A stretch of DNA of 63,799 bases, the filler included, from Kipferlia bialata (lineage: Eukaryota), in the NCBI GenBank assembly GCA_003568945.1. It is 5 parts of 5 records of this genome, joined end to end, with 100 filler letters (N's around TTAATTAATTAA, not from the genome) between each part and the next. Parts side by side here need not be neighbours in the genome. Positions count along the whole stretch, not along the records: positions 14,868 to 29,630 come from BDIP01000779.1; positions 29,731 to 44,476 come from BDIP01000780.1; 3 more parts are not named here. One strand, given 5' to 3'. The translations under genes were made by a program, and so were the position numbers. Below are positions 26,841 through 41,094 of the stretch, piece after piece. The notes below the pieces were generated by a model that was given only the letters and a program-made list of their open reading frames with translations, had not been told where the DNA came from and ran no database searches. The stretch's first letter is position 1. Each line of letters begins with the position of its first letter.

Positions 26841-28846
26841 TCACTGTAGCCTGACCTGCACCACCCTCTCTCTCTTCATCCTAGGGGACGCTGGGGCCAT
26901 GGACTGCTGGGGGTTGTTCTCATCATTGTGGGTGGGACGGGGGGCCAGCACCTGGCACATACGCCTGACAGGAGGGAGGGAATGGCCACCGGCAGTGACA
27001 GTGGAGACGGGGGGCTGCCGCACGGACAGGGGCTGTCTCAGGGCCTGTAGGGCAGGGCGGCACACGACACGGGGTGTTGCAGCGTCCAGGACCCTTGGGG
27101 AGCCCACGCGCACTGTATCGACCTCAGGCTGTGGCATGGGGTGCTTAGACATGGAGACACAGGGGGTGGAGGCAGGGACGAAGGCTGGGGCCTTGGGCTC
27201 CACGGGTGTGATACGCACCACCTGGACAGGCAGTCTGGGTACGGGGAGGACGGCAGGGGAGGAGAGGGCGCGGGACAGGTCCTTGAACGGCACCGTACGG
27301 TTGGGGGCTGTCTTTGGGGTCAGTCCGTGTCCAGAGACATGGGTCAGCAGGGGGGAGTGGGAGGACAGCAGAGACCCGCCAAAAGAGAACTCGACCACCT
27401 CCCTCTCGGATGGGGTTGTGGGTGCACTGCGTGCCCTGGCCTTCCTGTTGAGGGCCTCGATCCTCTCTCTCTCCTTGGACCTGTCGCGGCAGAAGCCCAT
27501 GGGGGGCTCGGACACAGTGCCCAGGTCCACCAGTACCTTGGCCAGGGAGTCACAGTCGTCGTCACCATCGCTGAAGGCGGCGCCTGCATCGAACCCGTCG
27601 TGCTTGGGGATGCCAGCCTTTGAGGCGCGCTCCTTGCACATTGCATCATGCCGGGTCCTGATCGTGGTTTCGTCGGGTACGCCGGCACTGACCCACTGAT
27701 ACACAGTCTGGCTCCGTCTGGAATGAGCGTTGAAGCATTCATGCACATGCGGAGGCAACAAAATGCTCCTAAACTACCACTATACTATGGCGCCAAAATC
27801 ATGATATCCCCACATAGCATTACCTAGCTAGAGTCGTGGGTCCACGCTTCTTTTGGACCAGATCAAGTGCTACTAGCACGTTTGCCACATCGTATAGCCT
27901 AGGAGGTGAGCAAAGCCGCGCCATTAAAGAAGAGAGCGCCAATAGCGTAAATCTAAGAGCATAAACAAAAACCTAAAAGGGTTGATACATGTGGCGCCTT
28001 GTGATACAGTGACAAAGAGTACAAGACAGGGGGATACCTACGCTGGACCGTCCTGAAGTCCTTGTCCCCACTCTGGCGGGTCCTGTTTCCTATCTGGGAG
28101 TCGATGGCCTCGAGTGAGAGGGCATGTGGGCTGGATATGAGCACGTGCACCATGGCGCTGGACAGGTCTGCCAGTCTGCCGCAGGAGGAACGGGACACAA
28201 AGCCCGAGAAGGATGGGGAGGCATGCGCCACAGTGGCCAGAGCACGAAGGGGGGATATAGTTGTCTGGAGAGCAGGGCTGTATGCACTCTTGCCCTTGGA
28301 CTTGGCCTGGATGAGTGCCACCTTCCCTTGAGACTCCAGAGCACGGCTCACAACCCGGCTGCGCAGGTTGCGTGACCCCACCCAGCGGTATGTGCTGCGT
28401 TGGAAGTGCTCCACTATCCCAAGGGCCTCTCCGATGTTGAGCTGGGGTGAATAGAGAGTGGAGAATGGAGCGGGAAAAAAATGAGCGCAATAGTATCTAA
28501 ACACAATTGCACATACCAGGTCATACACACGCCGCTTTTCGCACCCCAGCTTGGCTGCTACCGACATGACTGTGAGAGTGGAGGGGTTGTCGCCAACAAT
28601 ATCCTTCAGGAAGCAGCGGGTAAGGTAGAATAAGCTGGTTCCTGTGGAGGCGGAGGCGGCGCCGTCGGTGGGACTCATCGAGACACTGGCGGGTGCTGGC
28701 TGGGAGGACACGGCCCTGGTGTCATGCACGGGGGTGCACGGGGGGGAGCCGGCGGAGGTCACAGTGGAGGTCACGGTACCACTCAGTGCGGTACCACCAG
28801 AGACAGCACTGTCACATCCAGCGGTCTCAGAGACGACAGGCGACAT
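26841..28846 (-). CDS. Atypical E2F (E2F7/8-DEL type) with two winged-helix DNA-binding domains
   Basis: DBD1: SLFYLTRCFL...AAKLGCEKRRVYDL|LNIGEALGIVEHFQRSTYRWVG. DBD2: RLADLSSAMV...VQRR|LYDVANVLVALDLVQKK...VYQWV. Two RRxYD motifs and a long low-complexity C-terminal exon. Confidence 0.88.
27788..27798 (-). promoter_or_regulatory. Candidate E2F-binding site TTTTGGCGCCA in an intron of the E2F gene
   Basis: Matches the E2F consensus TTTSSCGC. Confidence 0.4.
28470..28478 (-). promoter_or_regulatory. Candidate E2F-binding site TTTTCCCGC in intron 1 of the E2F gene
   Basis: Exact TTTCCCGC consensus. Confidence 0.4.
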
Positions 28847-29630
28847 CTACTTGTGCACTGTCGTGGAGGGAGACTGGAGGGAGGAGAAGAGGCGGTAGAC
28901 TTGCAAAGAGCACTCGCGAATCGAAATTGCGCGCCAGGTCTGGGTTGCAATGAAGGCCTCAAAACCCTACAATAATGGTCCTCTACCACTATAGAGCACA
29001 CCTATGCACCAACTCTGGATGGAATGCGTATACGTGACTGAATAGAGGCCTTGATGTCCATTGGGCGCTCTCATCGCATTTTCTCTGTGCCCCTTTGTAC
29101 ACAAACTCAAAAAGAGTTCCTTGCTGAAAATTGTGGCAAATTTCGTGAGGCATATATTATATAATACCTCTTCTAGGCCTTGTACATGGCCTGGAGAGAC
29201 AGAATATCTATGTCTCCAGTGACAAGTGGTCAGTTGAGAACACATCGTTGAATTGATGTGCTAAGACTTGGTGTGCCAAGACCTCCCAACACCTTCGTCT
29301 CCAACCAAACTCAATAGAGAACACCATTCAGATATATTACAGAGCACTCTCCCTTTCAGTTGCCTTTGTGCGTACTACCAAGGGGCACGGTCTTGACCGT
29401 AGACCTGAATGTGGAGCGTGTGTGCCGTGTTGACGTGAGGCCTATGCCGTGTGGATCAGACGAGGGGGGTCGAGGGGCATATCCCCCAAGCAGCCCCTCC
29501 ACGTCTTCATCCCCCACACTGGCAGGTAGACCCTCTCGCCTGCTGTCAGAGAGGATTCATCAGAAACTCCGATTGACGGCCAGACGGAAGAAGGGGGGGG
29601 GGGGGGGGGGGGAGAAGAAAAAAGGGGCGG

Positions 29631-29730
29631 NNNNNNNNNNNNNNNNNNNNNNNNNNNNNNNNNNNNNNNNNNNNTTAATTAATTAANNNNNNNNNNNNNN
29701 NNNNNNNNNNNNNNNNNNNNNNNNNNNNNN
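29631..29730. other. Artificial scaffold-concatenation spacer
   Basis: N44-TTAATTAATTAA-N44. Confidence 0.97.
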
Positions 29731-29893
29731 TCTCTCTCTCTCTCTCTCTCTCTCTCTATAAATATATATATATATATATATATAGTAATGATTCTCTTGT
29801 CTTACACTTAGGTCTGAGTTTGGCAAGAACTCCTTCAGCTACCCCATGTCTCTCTCTCTCTCTCCCCCCCCCCTCTCTCTCTCTGACTCCCAG

Positions 29894-30331
29894 GTCTGAG
29901 TTTGGCAAGAACTCCTTCAGCTACCCAATGCCGATGGACCAACGGTACTCACGCACAACACCACTGAGGTTAGTGTCTTCGGTATAGTTTCTCTCGTAGT
30001 ATATACTAGCTCTTGGTATACACATCTACCAGTCGCACCCATGGGACACTCGTTCTCTCTCTCTCTCTCTCTCTTTCTCTCCATCTATATAAACACACAT
30101 TGTTCATAACAGGTATACCTCAGCGAGTGGCACGGATGACACACTGTTTCTCTCTCTCTCTCTCTCTCTCTTACTATATATAATATTATATAGATGTATA
30201 CTCATAACAGGTATACCTCTGCCAGTGGCACCCATGACACACTGTCTCTCTCTCTCTCTCTCTAGCTTTCTATCTATCTATATGTATATATATTCATAGA
30301 AGGTATACATCAGCGAGTGGCACCCACGAGA

Positions 30332-30365
<34 letters not shown>

Positions 30366-32578
30366 ATATATATATCTTACCTTAGGTACACCTCTGCCAG
30401 TGGCACCCATGACACTCTGTTCTATGGGGTGGACTACACACCAGAGTACAACGGACCAGGTACCAGTGCATATGCACACACATTCATTTATTCAATACTG
30501 TTTATACTGTATGTACTATGCTCTACATATACTATACAGGGGGGGGGGGGAGGGGGGCGACATACCAGATTACAACGAGCCAGGTAGTTATTGTGTATTC
30601 TTGCATTTGCAATATATCGTATTGAATGTATGTCCTAACCTCAGAGCCCTTCTGTGCCTTTGTGCAGGGTGATGGGATACAGATGCAATACGTAGTATAT
30701 TTACAACTAATACAACTAGTATAGTATATATACACTCACTCCAGAGCCCTTCTGTGCCTTTGTGCAGGGTGACCCCGAGGTGGCAGCACTCTTTGACAGC
30801 TGCATGGGGGAATTTAGGTGTGTATTATACACTATATATATATATATATATAGTATATATATATTGAGGGAGAGAGAGAGAGAGGGTGACCCCGAGGTGG
30901 CAGCACTCTTCGACAGCTGTATGGGGGAATTTAGGTATATACTATATACCACACACACATATATATATATATTTATAGAGAGAGAGAGAGAGGGAGAGAT
31001 ACATAGGGGTGGCAGCACTCTTTGACAGCTGCATAGAGGAATTTAGGTATATAGTGTAAATACTATATAAGTATATATATATAGAGAGAGAGATAGAGGT
31101 GGTAGCACTCTTTGATAGCTGCATGGGGGAGTTTAGGTATGTATATATGTGTATGTACCCTTACAGAGTGTCGTGACCTTCCCACCTGTATTCACGCTTT
31201 CTCTCTCTCTCCCTCTACACCCTTATTCCAGTGACAAGGACACCCAGACATTTGTGTTCACCCACTACCCAACGGCATTTCAGGCCAGGTACTCTCTCTC
31301 TCTATATGTATATCTATGTCTCCATGTGTATTATGTAGTATGTATACTCTCTCTCTCTCCCCTACACCCTTTTTCCCAGGCACGCCACACCCGATGCATC
31401 ATACAATCTCTCTCTCTCTCCCCCTCTACACCCTTTCTCTCTCTCTCTCCCTACACCCTTTATCCCAGGCACTCCACACCCGATGCATCGTACAAGCTGA
31501 CCCACCACCTGCATGCCGCATCCATCAGCAGGTACTGTCTATCTCTCTCTCTCTCTCTCTCTCTCTCCCTACACCCTTTATTGACACCAGACACGGTGAC
31601 GCAGGGATGGACATCACAGCCGCCAGTCTGCAGGTACTCTCTCTCTCTCTCTCTATCTATATATATACTCACACACACACAGTATTCTCTCTATACCTCT
31701 ACTGACTCTATACATTGGAAGATGGACATCACAGCCAGTCTACAGGTACTGTATAGAGTTCACGTGTATATAGTATAGAGTTCACGTGTATATATATTGT
31801 ATATATACAATTAATTGCATTATTATACTTGTATGTATGGAAATTATATATAATGATGTATTGCACTGGACTGTACTTCTCTCTCTCTCTCTCTCTATGT
31901 ATGTATACTAATGCTAGTCAAGCCATGCTAGAGTGTACACCTCCCACTCTGGTACCCTATCCATGACAGACATTGCATTCAGTGGGCTCTATGAGAACTG
32001 TGAGGTTGATTTAGAGGGTCTAGAGAGTAGCATTAGGGGTCTAGAGAGTGGTATTAAGGGTGCAGCTGACTGTGATCTGTCGTTCCTGTTGCCAATGGTC
32101 ATACCGGTGCTACCAGGTACTATACTACTGTATATATATATATATATCTGTGTGTGTTTGTAGGCTCTTCTACTGTAACGCACATCGCCGTACATCTCTA
32201 GTCATCGCCAATAGTTACGATAATCACTATATATCATCTCTCTCTGCCTCCCAATATTCACGACAACACTATTTCCTCACTCTAGGCCATGCCTCCTTGG
32301 TTGTTGACAACAACAAGGACGGTGCTTCTATTATTTATATTACTATGTGGTATTATTACTATTTCTTTATCCTTTACCCCTAGGCCATGCCTCTCTGATT
32401 GTTGACCACAACAAGGATGGGAATGAGGCACAGGGGATGGGCATGCAGGTATAGGCACACATATATATATATAAGTAGATATATATATATAGAGAGAGAG
32501 AGAGTCATAACACGGATGGGAATGAGGCACAGGGGATGGGCATGCAGGTATGTATGTATATACATATATTATATATAT

Positions 32579-32618
<40 letters not shown>

Positions 32619-34914
32619 TGGGAATGAGGCACAGGGGATGGGAATGCAGGTATAGATATATATATGTATATATGTATATAGAGAGAGAAGGGGACAGAGA
32701 GAGAGAGAGAGAGATAGAGGTAGCAATGAGGCACAGGGGATGGGCATGCTGTGTTCTCAGGATCTTGATTAGGCGAAGGAAGAAAGGGAGAGAATGGTGG
32801 TAAGGCGCAGGACTATTCTAATCCAAAATCCTAAGGTCAATGTCATTGAATTTCCTCATTGTCCATTCTCTCTCTCTCTCTCTCTCTCTCTCTAATCTAC
32901 AGGTCATCATTATAGTGGAACCTGACGAGTTGGACTCACTCATTGTCCGAGCCGATGTGTACGATGGGGAGGGACTCATACACTATGGCAAGAGGGATGC
33001 GTGCTCGACAGGTAAGTTGTACGCAGGTGTACTGATGTATGAGGGCAGAGGGGGACTCACTCATTATAGCAAGAGGGATGCATGTTCAACAGGTTTATGT
33101 ATACCTGTATATGTATACCTGAGTATATTTAAGCCTGATGTAGTATCACTTAACTCGTATCGTACTACCCCCATACATTCTCTAGGCGAGGGAGATCCCT
33201 GTGCCTCCCTTCCTGGTCTCTCTCTCTCTCTCTCTCTCTATACTCTTATATATCAGGCGAGGGTGACCTCTGTGCCTCCCTTCCCGGCCTGTGGTACAGT
33301 GTCAAGGAGCTGTGGCACAAGCTGGTGGAGAAGGTATTATACCATATATTCTACAGTTAATAATATATATATATATATACTTGTGTATATACAATTGTAT
33401 TCATGCCGGTCTGTGGTACGGTGTCAAGGAGCTGTGGGACAAGCAGGTTGAGAAGGTATTTATAGTGTGTACTATATATATATATACTTGGATATATACT
33501 GTATCTCTCTGCCCGGTCTGTGGTACAGTGTCAAGGAGCTGTGGCACAAGTTAGTGGAGAAGGTATTCTGGTATAGTATATGGTGTCTAGAGTATCAATA
33601 TTCATGTCCGCCTAACAATTAGATCTCTGGTCCCAAGTCTGCCTCTGATGACCCTGTCCCTGCATATATATGTATATATGTTATAGTATAGTATACTATG
33701 TAGAGTATGTATTCTAGTCCCCCTAACGATTAGATCTCTAGCCATTCTCTATATATATATACTTCTAACATGTAGATATCTGGTCCCAAGTCTGCCACTG
33801 ACGACCCTGTCCCTGCATATGCATCAAGGCAGATCAACCTGAGGTATAGAGTATATATACTATAGATATATACTAATTATACTCTATATAGTATCATGCA
33901 TATATAGGTTATATATATACCATGATGACCCTGTCCCTGCATATGCGTCAAGGCAGATCAACCTAAGGTATGTATACACCCATTTATATACTCTGTATTC
34001 ATGAATATGTATGTATATGTGTGTTCCTACTTCATATACTCTAACCCCAGACACACCTACCACACCCGTCTCTCTCTCTCTCTCTCTCTTTGTACATCTC
34101 ACCCCAGACACACCTACCACACCNNNNNNNNNNNNNNNNNNNNNNNNNNNNNNNNNNNNNNNNNNNNNNNNNNNNNNNNNNNNNNNNNNNNNNNNNNNNN
34201 NNNNNNNNNNNNNNNNNNNNNNNGGGTAGAGTCTCTCACTCACTGGGGTGTCACCTGCTGCAATGAGAGGTATGTATACTTCTCTCTCTCTCTCTCTCTG
34301 TCTAACCCCTAGCCTCAAGATACTGGGAGCACATATCCCCAGATGGCCCTCCATTCTCTCTCTCTCTCTCCCTCCCTATATATTAATATGTGTATCTCTA
34401 CTTCTCTAACGCTAAGCATCCCGATACTGGGAGCACATCTCCCCCGATGCACCCCCTCCCTTCACTGTCTCGCTCTCTCTCTCTCTCTCTCTCTCCATAT
34501 ATAAGCCTTACCATAAGCATCACGGTATTGGGAACACATCTCCCCAGATGCACCCCCTCCCTTCACTGTGTCCCTGTCCATATCAGTGTTCAATGCATTT
34601 GGGTGGGCATCAGCTTGCAGGTGCGAGTGTATACTGGATAAAAGGATAGACTAAATAATTGCATTGGTACAGATAGTATATATATATATACACACATGTG
34701 TCCCTGTCCATATCAGTGTTCAATGCATTCGGATGGGCATCTGCATGCAGGTATAGTTCTTATACATTAGTATATTATATATACATAGTATATTATAAAG
34801 TATATTATATATGCATAGTATATATGTATATATATATAGGTGTATATATACATGTGTCCCTGTCCATATCAGTGTTCAACGCATTTGGGTGGGCGTCGGC
34901 CTGTAGGTATTGTT

Positions 34915-34954
<40 letters not shown>

Positions 34955-35834
34955 TACAAGGACATGCGTGATGGTCTTCATTGGTGCTGTTGCTCTCTCC
35001 ATGCTGTGTCAGTGTGCACTCATGCCTGTGGTGCTGTACAGAAGGGACGTGAAAGTGTACAAGATTGCAGGTAAGAATATACATATTTGTGTATTTGCCC
35101 AACTATATACATGTCAAGGTCTACAAGATAGCGGGTAAGAATATATATATATATAAATAGTGTGCCTCCTACTGCCTTGCCCTGACCCTGGGTGCCTCTG
35201 TCTGTCTCTCTCTCTCTCTCTCTCCCTCCCTCTCTGTCTATATGTATATCTATATAGTGTATATACATACTCTAACCCAAGGCTATTGGTGACTGGCCTT
35301 ATATCTCTTTCTCTATATATATGTATATATATACACATACTCTTACCCAAAGGCTATGACGCCTCCTATTGTCTATACATATATTCATATAGTCTAATCA
35401 ATAGGCTATGATGCCTCCTATTGTCTGGCCCTGACCATTGGTGACTGGGCCAAGAGATGGGTCAAGTGGAGGAGGAGAGTGGCCTTTTGGCAGCTGAACA
35501 TTCTGAATAGGTATGTGTATATGGTGTGTGTTTAGATCTATAGTATAATTAGTGTCTATACATATTTCAACTGTGGCATTCTGGCAGTTGAACATTCTAA
35601 ACAGGTTAGTCCTTGGTATATTCTAGGCCTGGTGGTATGAGTATTAGTAGTGCATATTGGGATGGGGAATATTGGTTTCTTGGGCAATACGCATTCAAAT
35701 TTACGTTGGGGTAGTAATGGTCTCATTCTCTCTGACACTTAGCTGGGCTGGCATCACTAGTTCTGACAGGAGTGCCGCTACTGTGCCAAGACAAGGTATG
35801 TATGTATGTGTATATGTATATATTAGTATCTATC

Positions 35835-35874
<40 letters not shown>

Positions 35875-38800
35875 ACAGGAGTGGCACTACTGTGCCTAGA
35901 CAAGGTAGGACTAAGTAGTATATAAACATGTATATAAATGTATTATATGGATATAAATGTATATATATATATATGTAGAGAGAGAGAGAGAGATCATCAT
36001 GTATTCTTACACTTCAGCAGAGAACAGGTCACTCCGCAAGCCACCTTCCCAGTCCAGTCCACTGTTGACACGGATAACAGAGAGAGAAGGTATGCATTTA
36101 CATATATATGTATATATATATATAATCTTTATATATATATATGTATAGGGTATATACATAGTACAGTCCAGTCCACTGTTGACACGGATAACAGAGAGAA
36201 GGTATGCATAGATAGTACAATGCATAGAGTGTATATTGCTGCCCCCGACTGTGTATATGCCTATTACCTATATAAGTCTTATTCTATCTCTTAGACCACA
36301 GTGGTACGGAGTCGAGTGCCCTCCCCACCCACCGATTAACTCTCTCTCTCTCTCTCTATTACTCTCACAGTAGATGACAGTGGGACTGAGTCCAGTGCCC
36401 TCCCCACCCACCCATTGACCACCATAGACATGACACGACCCGGATACGGGACAACGGAGATAGGTATACATGCTCGTATAGTATATATAGGTGTCTAGTA
36501 TTGACCAGACCTGGATACGGGACTAGAGATGGGTATGAGACCATACTGTATATAGCGCCAATGTATATGCACACTAACTATCAGACACCTGCATGGACGA
36601 TAGTGACCTGGACAGTGCCAGATATATATATATATATATACATATATATATAGATTTAGTCCATTTCTCTCTATATATGAAGTACTCTCTCTCTGTCTCT
36701 CTCTCTCTATATATATATATATATTACTAACTATCAGACACCTGTATGGACGATAGTGACCTCGACAGTGCCAGAGACATGTCAGTCATGGACATGGCTC
36801 CATCACCCCTAATTCGCGGATCGAGGTATGTTCATAGTGTATATGGTTGCCATATATCCCTCATGTCTCCTGTTCTCTCTCTCTCTACACCCTCGGTGCA
36901 ACAGGTACCAGTGTTGATATATATACTATTCAATACATACTCCTATATGTACTGTCGTATCCAGTGTATGTATCACATCCCTTAATGCCCCAGGTGGCAG
37001 ATAGATACTCTCTCTCTCTCCCTCTACACCCTTAATGCCCCAGGTGGCAGACCAGCCACAGTGTGATATAGAGTATACGATGTATAGTATATATATAGAA
37101 TAGTAATAGTGAGTCAGTGTATATATCTATATATACCCTTACATCTTATGCCCCAGGTGGCAGACCAGCCACAGTGTTGTGTCCCGTACCACCAGTGCAG
37201 TCATGGGGGCAGGAAGCAAGGTACCTATATATATATGTATATATATATATATATATAGTATATGTATGTGTATAGTGTAGGTATCCCCCGCATCCAGTCA
37301 TGAGTGCAGGCAGCAAGGTACCTATATATATGTATTGTAGACTGTAATGTATAGTATATATATATATATATATGTATATGGTGTGTAGGAGGTATCCCGT
37401 ACCACCAGTGCAGTCATGGGGGCAGGGGGCAAGGTATGCATATGTGTATATATATGGTACAATGTGTCGACTCATATGTTATACTATTCTGCCAGTTCAG
37501 TAAGGAGTGCGGGCAGTAATGAAGAATATTATTCCAACGAGGAATACTTGTGTTGGTCGTGGATATATGATCATTGTTTCTAACGGCAGGTCCTTCCTTC
37601 TCTCTCTGTATATATGTATTCATATATATAATACCAGGTCCTGCCCTCCATCAAGAAGAGCCTGGCTGTCTTTGCCCTCAGAAGGGCCTCCATGGGCATC
37701 ACCTTGTACATACTGGGAGGTGTGATATATATACCTCAATAGTATATATATAGTATATATATATAAATAGTAGTATCAGTATATGTACTATATATATATA
37801 TAGTAGTGACAGTATATGTAGTATTTAGATATATAGTATTAACAGTATATATAGTATATACCAATACCGTGTCACACCTTTCTCGTGCCCTCTCCCCCTT
37901 ACCCCAGTCTGTATCGTGTGTGTCTACCGCCCCTCCATCGACTATCTCAGACCGGACAGTCCGTACGAGGCAGTCAGTGGGTTACTAGGTATATCTATGT
38001 GTATTACCTATGAATTGGGAGAGATAGATATGTGTATGAGAATATCAGACACGACGGTCCATACGAAGCAGTCAGTGGGTTGCTAGGTACTACTTCATAC
38101 GATAGAGGGATTTGCCTTTGTCAGTACATATACACACACTCTCTCTCCCCATATATGTATATGTATATATATACTATGATCCTCACCCTAGGCATGGTGG
38201 TCAAGGATATCCCTACCGTCAATGGTGTTGGGGATGCCTTTGTACTCTCTCTCTCTCTCTCTCTCTCTAACACTCAGGAATGGTCGTTAAGGACGTCCCT
38301 ACCGTAAACGGTGTAGGGGATGCCTTTGTCAGGCCACACACACTCTCTCTCTCTCTCTTTCTCTCTCCATATACATGCATATATACATATATATACTAAT
38401 ATACTCATCCTAGGCATGGTTGTCAAGGATGTCCCTACCGCTAATGGTGTAGGGGATGCCTTTGTGAGGACAGCAGGCCCAGTCATATTCTTCTACTCAG
38501 TGCCAGTAGTCCTACTCATGGTGACAGGTATATATATACGTATTAGTATACATATAACTTATGTACACATGTAGTGTGATGTGCTATATATATTGGACAG
38601 CAGGCCCAGTCATATTCTTCTACTCGGTGCCAGTAGTGCTACTAATGGTGACAGGTTAGTAGGACACCCACATATATATATATATATGTACACATGTATA
38701 CATAGATACATAGATATAGATATATAGATGCCTTTGTCAGGCCCAGTCATATTCTTCTACTCAGTGCCTGTGGTGCTGATGATGGTCACAGGTATATATA

Positions 38801-39229
38801 TATTTGTATATGTATATGTATATATTGAGATAGATACGTAAATAGTAGTATATATATATATATGTTCTACTCAGTGCCAGTGGTACTGATGATGGTCACA
38901 GGTGTACACATGTATATTTGTATATACCCATATTGGTATGTATACATGTAGTAGGATATAATACTTCGACTCCGTACCTGTGGTGCTACTCATGGTCACA
39001 GGCATCTCTCTCTCTTTCTCTTTCTCTCCCTCTCTCTCTTTACCCTCTATATGTTTTCTTACCATCAGCCTCGTTCCACCTGTCTACATCCACCCTGCCC
39101 CCCTTCCCACCTCTGTCTCTCTCTCTCTCTCTCTCTCTCTAGACCCTCAATTAGGAATCAATCTAACCCTAGCTTCCTTCCACCTGTCTACATCCACCCT
39201 GCCCCCCTGCCCCCCTTCCCTTCTCTCTG

Positions 39230-39261
<32 letters not shown>

Positions 39262-40079
39262 CCGCTAGACCCCTAATATTCAGCCTCGTTCCACCTCTCC
39301 ACCTCCACCCTGCCCCCCTTCCCATCTAGGGCACTGTCGCCACACATCAGACCACCCTTACTGCCCGTCAAGGTAATGGTATTGTATGCTATAAATAGTA
39401 TACATGTATATGTATGCATATATACTCCTATAGTCCCATCTAGGGCCCTGTCGCCACACATCAGACCACCCTTACTGCCTGTGAAGGTATAGTGGTATCT
39501 ACTATATATAGTATACATGCATATATATGTATGTGTATACTCCTATAGTCCCTTCTAGGGCACTCTCGCCACACATCAGACCACCCTTACTGCCTGTGAA
39601 GGTATATAGTATGTACTCTAGCTACTGCATGTATTCCTCCCTTCCTGCGTGTCAAGGTGTGTATTTTGTAGATAGTGTATATAGTATTCTACAGTAGCGA
39701 TATGTTGTTGCGTACATCTATGTGTGATACGTATACTTATACTGAACCTCAGACCTGCCAATATCAATTGTATCAAACAGATTATCCATCATTTCTCTAT
39801 TCTCTATTTTTTGCTATTGCTACATATACATATATATCTATACATACACTGACCCCCAGCAATGGAGACCTGCCACCATAGGGTGCCTCATGGTGTTCAT
39901 GCCATTGATTGAGCCAGTGGTCTGTCTCATCACACCCATGCATAGGTTGAGTATGCAGCACAGTGTGAGGTATAGAACTATGTAGTATATATATATATAC
40001 ATAGTATATAGTGTGTGTGTGTCTGGTCACACCCATGCACAGACTCAGTATGCAGCATAGCGTGAGGTACATCATCCTA

Positions 40080-40119
<40 letters not shown>

Positions 40120-41059
40120 GGACTCTTATTGACACAGTCTAGTGTATATGTATATAGTAGTGTATGTGTGTGTCTGGTGACACCCATGCACAGACTCAGT
40201 ATGCAGCACAGTGTGAGGTACAGTACTATGTAGTAGATATATATATATATATAGATGTGTACATAGTATATAGTATATGTGTCTAGTGACACCCATGCAC
40301 AGGCTCAGCATGCAGCATAGCGCGAGGTATATAACTATGTAGTATATATATATATATATATATACATAGATATGTATATAGTAGTGTATATGTGTCTCAT
40401 CACACCCATGCACAGACTGAGTATGCAGCACAGTGTGAGGTATAGTACTATGTTGTATCTATCTATCTATCTATATATGTATATGTATGTATGTAGTAGT
40501 GTATGTGTGTGTATGGTCACACCCATGCACAGACTCAGCATGCAGCATAGTGTGAGGTATGGTATATGGTGTGTATTGAGAACTAAATGTAGACATACAT
40601 TGTGTATGTAGTCTGTGGTTCACAGACACATGGAATCTCTGTCTCTCTGTCTCTCTCTCTAACTCTAGCTGGTCCAAGCAACGTCTGGGTAACACCTTCA
40701 GCATAGTGCTTGTGACCACTACCTCTCTCTCTCTTTCTCTCTGTATATCTATATACTATATACACTTCTCATCCCAGTTGGTCCAAGCAACGTCTGGGCA
40801 ATGCCTTTAGTATCGTCCTAGTCTCCTGTGCTGTCCTTGTGACCACTATCTCTCTCTCTCTCTCTCTCTCTCTCTACACCCCTTATTCACCCTCAGCTGG
40901 TCTAAGCAGCGCCTATCCTCTGCCTTTAGTATTGTGCTTGTGTCCTGTGCCGTCCTTGTGACCACTGCCATAGTCTATGTCTGTGTCTACTTGATATGTG
41001 ACACAGTGGACTTTGACGGGGCGGGGGCATTGCTGAGGTATATATCAATATGATATATG

Positions 41060-41094
<35 letters not shown>

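Noticed and set aside
26833..27699. 288-aa plus-strand ORF
   Set aside because: Antisense to the GC-rich last exon of the E2F gene.
29180..29530. Possible plus-strand exons at the end of the scaffold
   Set aside because: Splice sites are plausible, but I could not establish a recognisable product or consistent frame.
38191..39002. Dscam-like mutually exclusive exon clusters
   Set aside because: Copies are truncated, keep only one splice site and encode nearly identical peptides, so they cannot be ordinary cassette alternatives.
39920..40560. CRISPR-like repeat-spacer appearance of echo arrays (also 48620-49200, 30770-31140)
   Set aside because: The repeats are exon fragments ending in splice donors, the spacers are microsatellites of variable length, no cas genes are present and the context is eukaryotic.
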